From Vectrevirus T147P1, in sequence record OZ035788.1: a stretch of DNA of 43,705 nt; one strand, 5' to 3'. The translations under genes were made by a program, and so were the position numbers. Of this stretch, positions 18,078 through 26,622 are shown piece by piece. The notes under the pieces are model-generated. The model was given only the letters and a program-made list of their open reading frames with translations. It was not told the DNA's origin and ran no database searches. Numbering within the stretch: the stretch's first letter is position 1; each line of letters starts with the position of its first letter.

Positions 18078-18185
18078 ATGCCACGTGATTATGATTCTGA
18101 TTGGGACTATTATGACTCAATGAATCCAAAACCCGAACGTTCAGATGATTACTACGAAACAGAGGCAATGTATGAAGACTATTGA
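18078..18185 (+). CDS. small acidic Tyr/Asp-rich peptide
   Basis: 35 aa MPRDYDSDWDYYDSMNPKPERSDDYYETEAMYEDY; GGAGG RBS 7 nt upstream; overlaps the DNA polymerase start. Confidence 0.4.
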   Translation: MPRDYDSDWDYYDSMNPKPERSDDYYETEAMYEDY

Positions 18186-20718
18186 TTGGAAGAAGGAGGC
18201 AGAAGGTCGTATCCTCGTGATGGATGCGGAAGCTAAAGGACTCCTTGACGCTATCCGATATGGACACCGTGAAGATGTGCATATCATTTGCTGCATGGAT
18301 TTGCTTACTACCGAGGAGTTTCTCTTCTTTGACCCGTATGAGATGCGTGACCCTGAAGCAAGAGAACGCCTGAAGGAATGGGAAGGTCATCAAGATGGAA
18401 CCTTGGTTGACGGTGTTAACTTCCTGAAGCACTGTGAGGCTATTGTGTCGCAGAACTTCCTAGGGTATGACGGTCTTCTCTTTGAGAAAGCATTCCCTGA
18501 TATTTGGAAAGGCTTTAACTATACCGAGAAGCGCGGTAAGGGCAGACTCCGTGCTGACCTGTGTCCTATCCGTGTTGTAGATACGCTGGTGATGAGTCGT
18601 CTGCTAAACCCAGATAGACGCCTTCCTCCGCAAGCATATGCCAAAGGCATGGGTAACGTCGCCCCTCACTCAATTGAGGCGCACGGCATCCGTATAGGCC
18701 GCTATAAACCAGAGAATGAGGACTGGTCTAAACTAACTGACCACATGGTTCACCGTGTACGTGAAGACGTGGCAATTGGTCGTGACCTTTTCCTATGGCT
18801 TTACAACGGAGAGTGGACGGAGCACAAACGCCGTGGCGTGAATAAACGTACTGGCCTAGGTATTGAGACAGCCTTCCACATGGAGTCCATTGTGGCGCTG
18901 GAGATGAGCCGTCAGGCCGAGCGCGGGTTCCGTCTGGACATCGACAAGGCTTTGGCCCGATGCGAAGAATTGGACGCTAAGATTGACGAGACAGTCGCAG
19001 CGTTCCGCCCTCACATGCCTATGCGTATCAAGTCTAAACCTTTTAAACCGGAAGAAAAGAATGAAGTATGCCAACGCGCAAATGAGTATGGAGCTAGCAA
19101 CAATATACCTACTGTCCTTGACCCCTCACACTTTCTTCATGCCGAGAGACGAGGAGATCGCAAGACAGTATGGAGTGTCACTACTAAGTCTGGTGATTGG
19201 TCGGCTAGTGTCAAGAAAGACTTTCCTCACCTTAGAGGAAACCGTAATGACACGCCAAGCATCAAGTGGATTGGCGCTTACTCGCCTGTTACTTTCGAAG
19301 AGATTCCCTTGGGTAACAGGGATACAGTTAAGCAAGTGCTCTATGATTATGGATGGAAAGGTGTTGAATTTAACGATACCGAGCAAGCGCATCTCGATGA
19401 GCACGGAGTGTTACCCAAACCTTGGAGTGGTAAGATAAATGAAAAGTCCCTTACTTTATGGCAAGAAAGAGCCGCACGTGAAGGTAAAACAGTCCCTGAT
19501 TGGTGCTTGGGTATCGCTGCATGGTACATACTCGTATCCCGTCGTGGTCAGATACTCAACCGTGGTGACGTTGAAGCCTTCAACGAGAAGGGGACGTGGC
19601 CCTCGCAGGCTGGTGTACGAAAGTGTCGCGGCCTTGTACCTGTAGCATTCAACAAGGAGCTAGGAATCAATGCGCAGCAATACTACGAGAGGTACGGATG
19701 TTGGCCTACGTCTGATAAAGATGACGGAGAGTGGCGTGTTCCAGCTGTTGCTATTAGCATTGGCACTTCTACGTTCCGTATGCGTCATCGTAACGTGGTT
19801 AATGTTCCTGCCCGTGGCTTGTATCCTTTACGTGATTTATTCATAGCAGGGAAAGGCAAGCTAATCCTTGGTTGTGACGGTGCAGGTCTTGAACTGCGTG
19901 TCCTGTCTCACTTCATGAATGACCCTGAGTACCAAGAGATTGTACTGCACGGTGATATTCATACGCATAACCAGATGAAGGCTGGTCTTCCTAAGCGTGA
20001 TATGGCGAAGACGTTTATATACGCCTTCCTCTATGGCTCTGGTATAGCCAACCTTGCAGCAGTATGTGGTGTTACTGAGGAAGAAATGAAGGAAGTTGTG
20101 GCAAGATTCGAGATTGAACTGCCGTCTCTTGCACGTCTTCGTGAGAATGTTATCGCACAAGGTAACAAGTTTGGCTACCTGCAAGCACCTGATGGGCATT
20201 GGGGTCGCATCCGCATGTCTGGTGGTGAACTTAAAGAGCACACGATGCTTAACGTATTACTCCAGATGACTGGCTCTTTGTGTATGAAATATGCATTAGT
20301 CAAGGCATTTGCAGTAATGCGCAAGGAAGGTGTAGCCTTGGATGCTATGGGAAATCCTTGTGGTGTGGCTAACGTGCATGATGAAATCCAGATGGAAGTC
20401 CCTGAAGAGGAGGTCTTGTATCTTAACTACGACCTACCTTTCACCTTAGATGGGTTCGAAACAGAGAAGGCTGCCGTGAAAGCAGTATTCGATGCAGAGG
20501 AGAAACGTGTTCATGTGGATTCTGAAGGACGTATGTGGTCTGCTGCAAACCTCGTTAGTGTTGATGCTGATGCTGGTGTATTGCATTGCCAGCGCCGTTA
20601 TCACCGTGCAGGTCATATCATTGCCGACGCCATGACTTGGGCAGGGCAGTATCTGAAGATGCGTTGCCCGATGGCAGGCGAATATAAGATTGGCGCAAGC
20701 TGGAAGGAAACACACTGA
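18172..20718 (+). CDS. DNA polymerase, family A (T7 gp5-like)
   Basis: About 848 aa; N-terminal exonuclease-like ILVMDAEAKGL; polymerase motifs including HDEIQMEVPEE; start chosen at the ATG after GAGG (ORF opens at 18145). Confidence 0.93.
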   Translation: MKTIDWKKEAEGRILVMDAEAKGLLDAIRYGHREDVHIICCMDLLTTEEFLFFDPYEMRDPEARERLKEWEGHQDGTLVDGVNFLKHCEAIVSQNFLGYDGLLFEKAFPDIWKGFNYTEKRGKGRLRADLCPIRVVDTLVMSRLLNPDRRLPPQAYAKGMGNVAPHSIEAHGIRIGRYKPENEDWSKLTDHMVHRVREDVAIGRDLFLWLYNGEWTEHKRRGVNKRTGLGIETAFHMESIVALEMSRQAERGFRLDIDKALARCEELDAKIDETVAAFRPHMPMRIKSKPFKPEEKNEVCQRANEYGASNNIPTVLDPSHFLHAERRGDRKTVWSVTTKSGDWSASVKKDFPHLRGNRNDTPSIKWIGAYSPVTFEEIPLGNRDTVKQVLYDYGWKGVEFNDTEQAHLDEHGVLPKPWSGKINEKSLTLWQERAAREGKTVPDWCLGIAAWYILVSRRGQILNRGDVEAFNEKGTWPSQAGVRKCRGLVPVAFNKELGINAQQYYERYGCWPTSDKDDGEWRVPAVAISIGTSTFRMRHRNVVNVPARGLYPLRDLFIAGKGKLILGCDGAGLELRVLSHFMNDPEYQEIVLHGDIHTHNQMKAGLPKRDMAKTFIYAFLYGSGIANLAAVCGVTEEEMKEVVARFEIELPSLARLRENVIAQGNKFGYLQAPDGHWGRIRMSGGELKEHTMLNVLLQMTGSLCMKYALVKAFAVMRKEGVALDAMGNPCGVANVHDEIQMEVPEEEVLYLNYDLPFTLDGFETEKAAVKAVFDAEEKRVHVDSEGRMWSAANLVSVDADAGVLHCQRRYHRAGHIIADAMTWAGQYLKMRCPMAGEYKIGASWKETH

Positions 20719-20834
20719 TGGATAAGCTTGACATTGTTTGCCTATTCTTCACTTTCTTTCTTACACTCCTTATGCTTGCTTGTTATGGGAGTATGAGACT
20801 AGATATACCTGATGAAGAAGAGGGTTACGACTAA
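20718..20834 (+). CDS. small membrane peptide
   Basis: 38 aa, hydrophobic core; ATG overlaps the polymerase stop. Confidence 0.3.
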   Translation: MDKLDIVCLFFTFFLTLLMLACYGSMRLDIPDEEEGYD

Positions 20835-20932
20835 TGCAAACTGCTTTTATTATTCTTGGTATCATAGTATTTATGGTAGTACTCTGGGCCTTCTCTGGCA
20901 TTGACCCGGATTGTGATGGTAACTACGACTGA
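20834..20932 (+). CDS. small membrane peptide
   Basis: 32 aa MQTAFIILGIIVFMVVLWAF...; TAATG coupling. Confidence 0.3.
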   Translation: MQTAFIILGIIVFMVVLWAFSGIDPDCDGNYD

Positions 20933-20989
20933 GTTATACTCAAGGTCACTTACGAGTGGCCTTTATGAATAACTTAACTGGAGAGTATT

Positions 20990-21250
20990 ATGATTAAATC
21001 ACAGAAGTATTTCTCAACTAAAGATCGTAAGGTAGGTTTTGAAATCAAAGTTTGGGAAGACGGACACATTACTATTATTTACGAAGGTAAAGGTTCTAAT
21101 GGTATGATGCTACGTAGATGCCGTACATTCACAAAGAAAGAATGTATGCATATGTCTGAATGCATGTTTCTTTACATCATTGCTGATGATATTAAAGGTA
21201 TGAAGCTAATTGTATCTCTACCTTTAATACCTAAATCTTTGTTAGGTTGA
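20990..21250 (+). CDS. hypothetical protein
   Basis: 86-aa ORF with GGAGAG RBS. Confidence 0.55.
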   Translation: MIKSQKYFSTKDRKVGFEIKVWEDGHITIIYEGKGSNGMMLRRCRTFTKKECMHMSECMFLYIIADDIKGMKLIVSLPLIPKSLLG

Positions 21251-21272
21251 TTTATTGGACACTATAGAAGGA
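21250..21272 (+). promoter_or_regulatory. phage RNAP promoter
   Basis: ATTTATTGGACACTATAGAAGGA. Confidence 0.7.
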
Positions 21273-21285
21273 AAGCCTAGACAAT

Positions 21286-21327
21286 CTAGGTTTATAAGGT
21301 AGTATAGGTAATTAAGTAAATATAGGA
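21286..21327 (+). repeat. promoter-proximal AT-rich TAGGT element (copy C)
   Basis: CTAGGTTTATAAGGTAGTATAGGTAATTAAGTAAATATAGGA; related to copies A and B. Confidence 0.4.
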
Positions 21328-21336
21328 GATATAAAC

Positions 21337-21714
21337 ATGTCTATGGTAACTACTCTGGTATTTGTAGCTCAATACTTTCGTGGTCTGGCTAATAAGTTCA
21401 AGTCCAAGGCTATCAAAGCTATTGAGTCTCGCATCGAGGCAGTACAGGCAGAGCAAGTTAAAGTTGAAGAACATCGTAGTTCTCAAATGATTGACTGCCA
21501 TAACCGCTACTATGCATCTCGTGATGACCTTAATGCACGCCAAGTCAAAGAGGTTGAAGAGATGCTGGCACGTCACCAGCAAGAGCGCGACAGTCTGAAA
21601 GCTGAATTTGAAGAGAACAAGGCATCCATCTCCATTGCACATCAAGCCGCATCTGACAGCCTGAAGAAAGAGATTGTTATGCTGGAGATTGAGTTAGACA
21701 ATCTTACCAAATAA
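21337..21714 (+). CDS. hypothetical coiled-coil protein with N-terminal hydrophobic segment
   Basis: 125 aa; AGGAG RBS; flanked by two phage promoters. Confidence 0.6.
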   Translation: MSMVTTLVFVAQYFRGLANKFKSKAIKAIESRIEAVQAEQVKVEEHRSSQMIDCHNRYYASRDDLNARQVKEVEEMLARHQQERDSLKAEFEENKASISIAHQAASDSLKKEIVMLEIELDNLTK

Positions 21715-21735
21715 TTACTGGACACTATAGAACAA
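21713..21735 (+). promoter_or_regulatory. phage RNAP promoter
   Basis: AATTACTGGACACTATAGAACAA. Confidence 0.65.
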
Positions 21736-21791
21736 TAGGTCGGCTTAGTTCGGCCTATGATTGTGTAGTGTAACAATAGGAGACTAAATAA

Positions 21792-22598
21792 ATGGCACGT
21801 GGTGATTTTGATTTTGGTGCTCAGGTTACTAAAGCTGAAGGTAAGGTTTTTAAGAACCCTGAAGTTGGTGATCATGAAGCAGTAATCTCTGGCATCATTC
21901 ATGTGGGTTCCTTCCAAGATATCTTTAAGAAAGGTAATACCACTGAAGTTAAGAAGCCAGCAAACTTTGTTCTTGTTAAGATTGTACTGATGGGTGACGA
22001 TGACAAGAACGAAGATGATTCTCGCATGGAACAGTGGATGGCTGTGCCTCTGAAGTCTGGTGACAAGGCAACCTTGACTAAGTTCCTGAATGCAGTTGAC
22101 CCTAAAGAGCTGCTTGGTGGTTTCGATGACTTCATCGGTGAATGCCTGACTGCAACTATGGTTGGCTCTGGCGACAAGAATGATGATGGTACTTTCAAGT
22201 ATGTTAACTGGAAAGGCTTTGGCGGTATGCCTGATAAGTTGAAGAAGCTTGTACTGGCTCAGGTAGAAGAGGAAGGTCTGTCTATGACAGGTCATATCAC
22301 CTTCGACAAGCTGACCAAAGAAATCCTTGATGACATCCCAGCTAACTTGGTGCGTCAATACTTCCTTAATGAAACACCTCGTGGTAAGAACCTGTCTGTT
22401 GCTGGTTCTCACGTAGAAGCAATCATTAAAGCTGCTCGTGAAGAAGACCCAGAGTGGAAGAAAGCCAAGAAGAAAGATGACGAGGATGCTACTCCAGCTA
22501 ATCGTAAACCTCTGGATACTGGTGAGTCTGTTCCACAGGAAGTACCTGAAGCAGAAGATACTCCTGCACCGGAGATGGATGAGGACGCGGAATATTAA
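21792..22598 (+). CDS. putative ssDNA-binding protein (gp2.5-like by architecture)
   Basis: 268 aa; acidic C-terminal tail ending in aromatic residue (PEMDEDAEY); codon usage of a highly expressed gene; product call is by analogy, not sequence identity. Confidence 0.55.
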   Translation: MARGDFDFGAQVTKAEGKVFKNPEVGDHEAVISGIIHVGSFQDIFKKGNTTEVKKPANFVLVKIVLMGDDDKNEDDSRMEQWMAVPLKSGDKATLTKFLNAVDPKELLGGFDDFIGECLTATMVGSGDKNDDGTFKYVNWKGFGGMPDKLKKLVLAQVEEEGLSMTGHITFDKLTKEILDDIPANLVRQYFLNETPRGKNLSVAGSHVEAIIKAAREEDPEWKKAKKKDDEDATPANRKPLDTGESVPQEVPEAEDTPAPEMDEDAEY

Positions 22599-22607
22599 GG
22601 AGAAAGG

Positions 22608-22826
22608 ATGAAAGTACAAATCGTAACTCTGCACTGCAAGAAAGGTATCACAACGCTCGGAGGTAGCACTTTCCACTCTTTCTCCGAAGGGGAGGTTTAT
22701 GCTGACCTGCACTACATCTGGCGCGACGGACAGCACGTGGTGAACTACAGCGACCCAGCTACGGGGAAACGTCACGGCGTATCGCTTCCGGCGCATGACA
22801 TTGCTCAGGTGAACACAGTTTTATAA
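22608..22826 (+). CDS. hypothetical protein
   Basis: 72-aa ORF with AAGGAG RBS. Confidence 0.55.
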   Translation: MKVQIVTLHCKKGITTLGGSTFHSFSEGEVYADLHYIWRDGQHVVNYSDPATGKRHGVSLPAHDIAQVNTVL

Positions 22827-22827
22827 A

Positions 22828-22843
22828 GTCTCACGTGTGAGAC
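22828..22843. repeat. 16-bp palindrome variant GTCTCACGTGTGAGAC (copy 5)
   Basis: Reverse complement of the copy-4 variant; about 15 nt upstream of the promoter at 22859. Confidence 0.8.
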
Positions 22844-22858
22844 AAATCGGTGTCCGGT

Positions 22859-22881
22859 ATTTACTGGACACTATAGAAGAG
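22859..22881 (+). promoter_or_regulatory. phage RNAP promoter
   Basis: ATTTACTGGACACTATAGAAGAG, exact consensus. Confidence 0.8.
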
Positions 22882-22930
22882 AAGAATTTTAATCGGCGAT
22901 AATGCCACAACTAACAAAGGAGAATTTAAT

Positions 22931-23311
22931 ATGTTCAAGATTGAAACTATCGTAAACCGTGTTGTTAAAGGTGCTGCTCTGGTATCCGTTGAGTCTTTCA
23001 TTATCGTCGATGAAGCTGATCAACTGGTAGCTGGTACTAAGGCTTACGATACCCGTGAAGAAGCTCAGGCTAAGATTGACAGCATGGGTAACTTCGCTGC
23101 TGGTCTGGAGTTCGCTCGCGCTTGCTTCCCTGAGCAGGCTGACAAAGCTCAGATTGGTAAGGCTAATATCGTAGCTGAATATCTGGATTGGATTGCTGCT
23201 GGTAAGCCGGTGAAAGAAGTTAAGTCTGCTGAAGAAGCTGAAGCTCAGGCAGTAGAAGAAGAAGTAGCTGCACCGGTAGATGCTCCGGTAAGCGAAGAGG
23301 AAGAGTTTTAA
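22931..23311 (+). CDS. abundant small acidic protein of unknown function
   Basis: 126 aa; ends VSEEEEF; strongly host-optimised codons; own consensus promoter and a downstream hairpin. Confidence 0.7.
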   Translation: MFKIETIVNRVVKGAALVSVESFIIVDEADQLVAGTKAYDTREEAQAKIDSMGNFAAGLEFARACFPEQADKAQIGKANIVAEYLDWIAAGKPVKEVKSAEEAEAQAVEEEVAAPVDAPVSEEEEF

Positions 23312-23317
23312 TTGATG

Positions 23318-23350
23318 CCCTGTCTGCCTTAGTGTAGGCAGGGTCTTTTG
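23318..23350 (+). terminator. possible terminator hairpin with T-run
   Basis: CCCTG(TCT)GCC ... GGCAGGG bulged stem followed by TCTTTTG. Confidence 0.3.
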
Positions 23351-23375
23351 CGTAATAGTTATTGGAGAATGAATT

Positions 23376-23681
23376 ATGCCGACTATTAAATCTCGTTTAG
23401 TAGCAGACTATGTGTATGGTCGTGACTTAAAGTTAATGCAAGATTACTTTAAAGTAATCATCCTGCTGGATGGAGAAGTGTTTCACACTAAAACATTCAC
23501 CCTTCCTGAATTGTTTGATTTAGGTTATTGGGGTTATACATATCAGGCCATAGCAGAAAAGGTGCTACTCAGTGTATTAGAGGAGTGGCCTACATGCGAC
23601 CAAACTTCGACTTCGGAGCTACAGTATCGGAAGACAATAATCTCATCTTGTGGCCAACTGAAGGTAATCGAATCGCTTTAA
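23376..23681 (+). CDS. hypothetical protein
   Basis: 101-aa ORF with GGAGA RBS; its 3' end overlaps the exonuclease start. Confidence 0.45.
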   Translation: MPTIKSRLVADYVYGRDLKLMQDYFKVIILLDGEVFHTKTFTLPELFDLGYWGYTYQAIAEKVLLSVLEEWPTCDQTSTSELQYRKTIISSCGQLKVIESL

Positions 23682-24622
23682 TAGATGCTGATATGTTACC
23701 TTACATCGTCGGGTATACAATCAGTGACATGACTTATGTACGAGCTACAACTCGTGTTAAGTCAGGACAAGTCCCATCAATCAAAGATACCCCTGAGTGT
23801 AAGCAAGCGTGTGACCGTGTGAACTCCTTGCTTAACTCTTGGGTGTATGCAGCAGAGTGTGATGCTGCTAAGTTATTCATGACGAAATCAGAAGCTAACT
23901 TCCGAGTTCGCCTAGCCTTCACCAAACCCTATAAGGGTCAACGTAAGACCGAGAAGCCTCCGTTCTTCTATGAATTGCGAGAGCATCTCTTAGAGGTTCA
24001 TGGTGCAATCTTGGCAGATGGAGAAGAGGCTGATGACCTCATGAGCATTGCACAATGGGACAGCCACCGCCGCTTCCAGCAAGATACAGGTAACGAGTTC
24101 CCTATCGGTAGTCCAGAGCATAAAGCATTCTCTGATACTTGCATCGTTTCCTTAGATAAGGATTTGATGATTGTTCCCGGTTGGCATCTTCAGCCGGGTC
24201 AAGAGAAGAAATGGGTAGAGCCTATGGGTTGGCTTGAGTTACGCCGTAAGGCTAATGGTCAGGTTAAAGACCTTAAAGGTGCTGGCCTCATGTTTCATTA
24301 TGCACAGATGATTATCGGTGATGATATTGATAACTATGCTGGCATACCTGGACGTGGTGCTAAATACGCCTATGATCTTCTCAAATATTGTAAGACAGAG
24401 AAAGAGTTGTACATGGCAGTGCTTGGTGCTTACAAGGCTAAGTTCGGACATGGACAAGTTAAGATTAAGAATTACCGAGGGGGTTATCGTATCGGCAAGG
24501 CTTTTGACCTGATGCTCGAATGTGGTCGTCTAGCTCACATGGCAAGATTCAAAGGTGATATATGGCGAGCCGATAAGAACCCAATCTTGTGGGGAGATGA
24601 TGCGGAATGGTTAGCAAATTAA
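23594..24622 (+). CDS. 5'-3' exonuclease (T7 gp6-like)
   Basis: About 342 aa from the ATG after GAGGAG (ORF opens at 23528); acidic clusters IALIDADMLPY, EEADDLM, SLDKDLMIVPG, IGDDIDNYAGIPG typical of FEN-type nucleases. Confidence 0.85.
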   Translation: MRPNFDFGATVSEDNNLILWPTEGNRIALIDADMLPYIVGYTISDMTYVRATTRVKSGQVPSIKDTPECKQACDRVNSLLNSWVYAAECDAAKLFMTKSEANFRVRLAFTKPYKGQRKTEKPPFFYELREHLLEVHGAILADGEEADDLMSIAQWDSHRRFQQDTGNEFPIGSPEHKAFSDTCIVSLDKDLMIVPGWHLQPGQEKKWVEPMGWLELRRKANGQVKDLKGAGLMFHYAQMIIGDDIDNYAGIPGRGAKYAYDLLKYCKTEKELYMAVLGAYKAKFGHGQVKIKNYRGGYRIGKAFDLMLECGRLAHMARFKGDIWRADKNPILWGDDAEWLAN

Positions 24623-25017
24623 AATCATCTGAGGTAGCAGCTTATAAGAGGGAATTGCTAGAGAAGCAAGGATGGCAGTGCCCCCTATGTGGCGGCAGTC
24701 TCAAGGCTGTTACTCCTATAAACCGTGTACTTGACCATGACCATGAGACAGGATTCTGCCGTGCTGTTGTATGCCGAGGCTGCAATGGTGCAGAAGGAAA
24801 GATTAAGGGTGTTATCTCTGGTTACGGTAAGGCTGGTAACAACCGTTACTTCCAGCTTCAATGGTTAGAGCGACTATATGGATACTGGAAGTTACATAGT
24901 ACGCCTCAGACAGATAAGTTATATCACAAACATCAAACGGAGGCAGAGAAGCGCGAGGCTAAGAACCGTAAGGCACGCCTTGCTTATGCAAGAAAGAAGG
25001 AGGTTAAAGTTGGGTAA
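24607..25017 (+). CDS. endonuclease VII-like Holliday junction resolvase
   Basis: 136 aa; CPLCGG...LDHDHETGFCRAVVCRGCNGAEGKIKG matches the zinc-binding His-Cys box of T4 endonuclease VII as recalled. Confidence 0.8.
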   Translation: MVSKLKSSEVAAYKRELLEKQGWQCPLCGGSLKAVTPINRVLDHDHETGFCRAVVCRGCNGAEGKIKGVISGYGKAGNNRYFQLQWLERLYGYWKLHSTPQTDKLYHKHQTEAEKREAKNRKARLAYARKKEVKVG

Positions 25018-26017
25018 GCTTCGCAGCTTGTACAAAGACTCCGAGGTACTTGATGCAATCGAGCAAGCTACCGACGAGAAAGGTAATGTTAATTACAATG
25101 AGATGGCACGTGTATTATCGTGTCACCCTGTGGGTAAGAAGATTACCCGCCAGTTGGCTCGATACTGGCATGGTCAATTCAAGAAGACCAAGAAGAATGG
25201 TGATTATTACCAGACCCTTCTGCAAGAAGATAAGCGTATCAAAGAAGAGCGTAAGCTCAGGACTCCTGACCGCTACGAGGATTTGGCTATTGTACCATTG
25301 CCTGACTCGCCTCATCGAAGTGTACTGGTAATCCCTGATACTCATGCACCTTATGAGCATCCAGATACCTTAGAGTTCCTTGCAGCCGTAGCAGCACGTT
25401 ACCGTCCAGACACAGTGGTACACCTAGGAGATGAGGCAGACAAACATGCCCTGTCATTCCACGATTCGGACCCAAATCTGGATAGTGCTGGCATGGAGTT
25501 AGAGAAGGCTCGTATCTTCATGCACAAATTGCACAAGATGTTCCCTGTTATGCGCCTGTGTCACTCTAACCATGGCTCTATGCACTTCCGTAAGGCAAGC
25601 GCCAAAGGCATCCCTGTGCAATACCTGCGCACCTACCGTGAAGTCTTCTTCCCGCAGGGAGGTGGCGACCAGTGGGACTGGCAGCATACTCATGTTCTTG
25701 AGCTACCTAATGGTGAACAGGTGGCGTTCAAGCATCAACCTGCTGGCTCTGTTCTAGCAGATGCAGCGCATGAGCGCATGAACCTAGTGTGTGGTCACTT
25801 GCATGGTAAGATGTCTGTGGAGTACGCACGTAATACACATGAACAGTATTGGGCTGTGCAAGGTGGCTGCTTAATTGATGAGTCATCCCGTGCATTTGCC
25901 TATGGGCGTGAGTCTAAATACAAGCCAGCATTAGGTTGTGTGGTTATTCTGGAGGGTGTACCTCATATTGTCCCGATGCAAACCAATAGCGACAACCGTT
26001 GGATTGGCAAGATTTAG
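25010..26017 (+). CDS. calcineurin-like metallophosphoesterase, TTG start
   Basis: Motifs DTH, GDEAD, SNHG in order; AAGGAGG 6 nt upstream of TTG (ORF opens at 24878 in the overlap with the previous gene). Confidence 0.75.
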   Translation: MGKLRSLYKDSEVLDAIEQATDEKGNVNYNEMARVLSCHPVGKKITRQLARYWHGQFKKTKKNGDYYQTLLQEDKRIKEERKLRTPDRYEDLAIVPLPDSPHRSVLVIPDTHAPYEHPDTLEFLAAVAARYRPDTVVHLGDEADKHALSFHDSDPNLDSAGMELEKARIFMHKLHKMFPVMRLCHSNHGSMHFRKASAKGIPVQYLRTYREVFFPQGGGDQWDWQHTHVLELPNGEQVAFKHQPAGSVLADAAHERMNLVCGHLHGKMSVEYARNTHEQYWAVQGGCLIDESSRAFAYGRESKYKPALGCVVILEGVPHIVPMQTNSDNRWIGKI

Positions 26018-26034
26018 TTGACACTATAGAACAA
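26012..26034 (+). promoter_or_regulatory. phage RNAP promoter (SP6-like G at -12)
   Basis: ATTTAGTTGACACTATAGAACAA; overlaps the phosphoesterase stop. Confidence 0.65.
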
Positions 26035-26117
26035 AGGGCTAGGTAAGACTTTATCGGCTGGCGTATCCAAATGATATTGCACTAGCCCTTGATTGTATAG
26101 TGAATGGAGGATTCAAT

Positions 26118-26621
26118 ATGTCACACTATGAATGTAAGAAGTGTCATAAGCGTTATGATTACTGTACTTGTGGTCAAGAGAAAACATCTTTTAAAGTTGG
26201 AGACAAGGTATTTCGTAATGAAAAATATCCGAGTCCTTGGAATCAATACTGCAAAGAAGCTGGTATTGACCCTGATAGCCCTGTAACCATAGATGATATT
26301 GATGGCATTAACTTGTGCTTTCGTGAGGTGAGGGGTACAGGTTGGGATTCCAAAAGATTCAAACTTGCATCTGATAAGTTAGACAACAATATGGTAACTC
26401 AGCCTAAGCACTACGAGTTCTTTGATGGCGTAGAAGCAATTACTATCATCGCCCGTAGTATGACCGAGAAGCAATTCGCGGGGTATTGCATGGGTAATGC
26501 TTTGAAGTATCGTCTGCGTGCAGGTAAGAAGTTCAATACTGAAGAAGACCTGAAGAAAGCAGACTACTACAAAGAGTTATTCCAGAAGCATCGTCACGAA
26601 TGTATTGATGAGGATATTTGA
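26118..26621 (+). CDS. hypothetical protein with N-terminal Cys cluster
   Basis: 167 aa from the ATG after GGAGG (ORF opens with GTG at 26100); CKKCHKRYDYCTC; C-terminal NALKYRLRAGKKFNTEEDLKKADYY. Confidence 0.65.
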   Translation: MSHYECKKCHKRYDYCTCGQEKTSFKVGDKVFRNEKYPSPWNQYCKEAGIDPDSPVTIDDIDGINLCFREVRGTGWDSKRFKLASDKLDNNMVTQPKHYEFFDGVEAITIIARSMTEKQFAGYCMGNALKYRLRAGKKFNTEEDLKKADYYKELFQKHRHECIDEDI

Positions 26622-26622
26622 T

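Noticed and set aside
21642-22796. 384-aa minus-strand ORF
   Set aside because: Entirely antisense to a well-supported + strand gene with promoter and RBS; its translation is low-complexity with no recognisable motifs; all supported genes in this genome type are on one strand.
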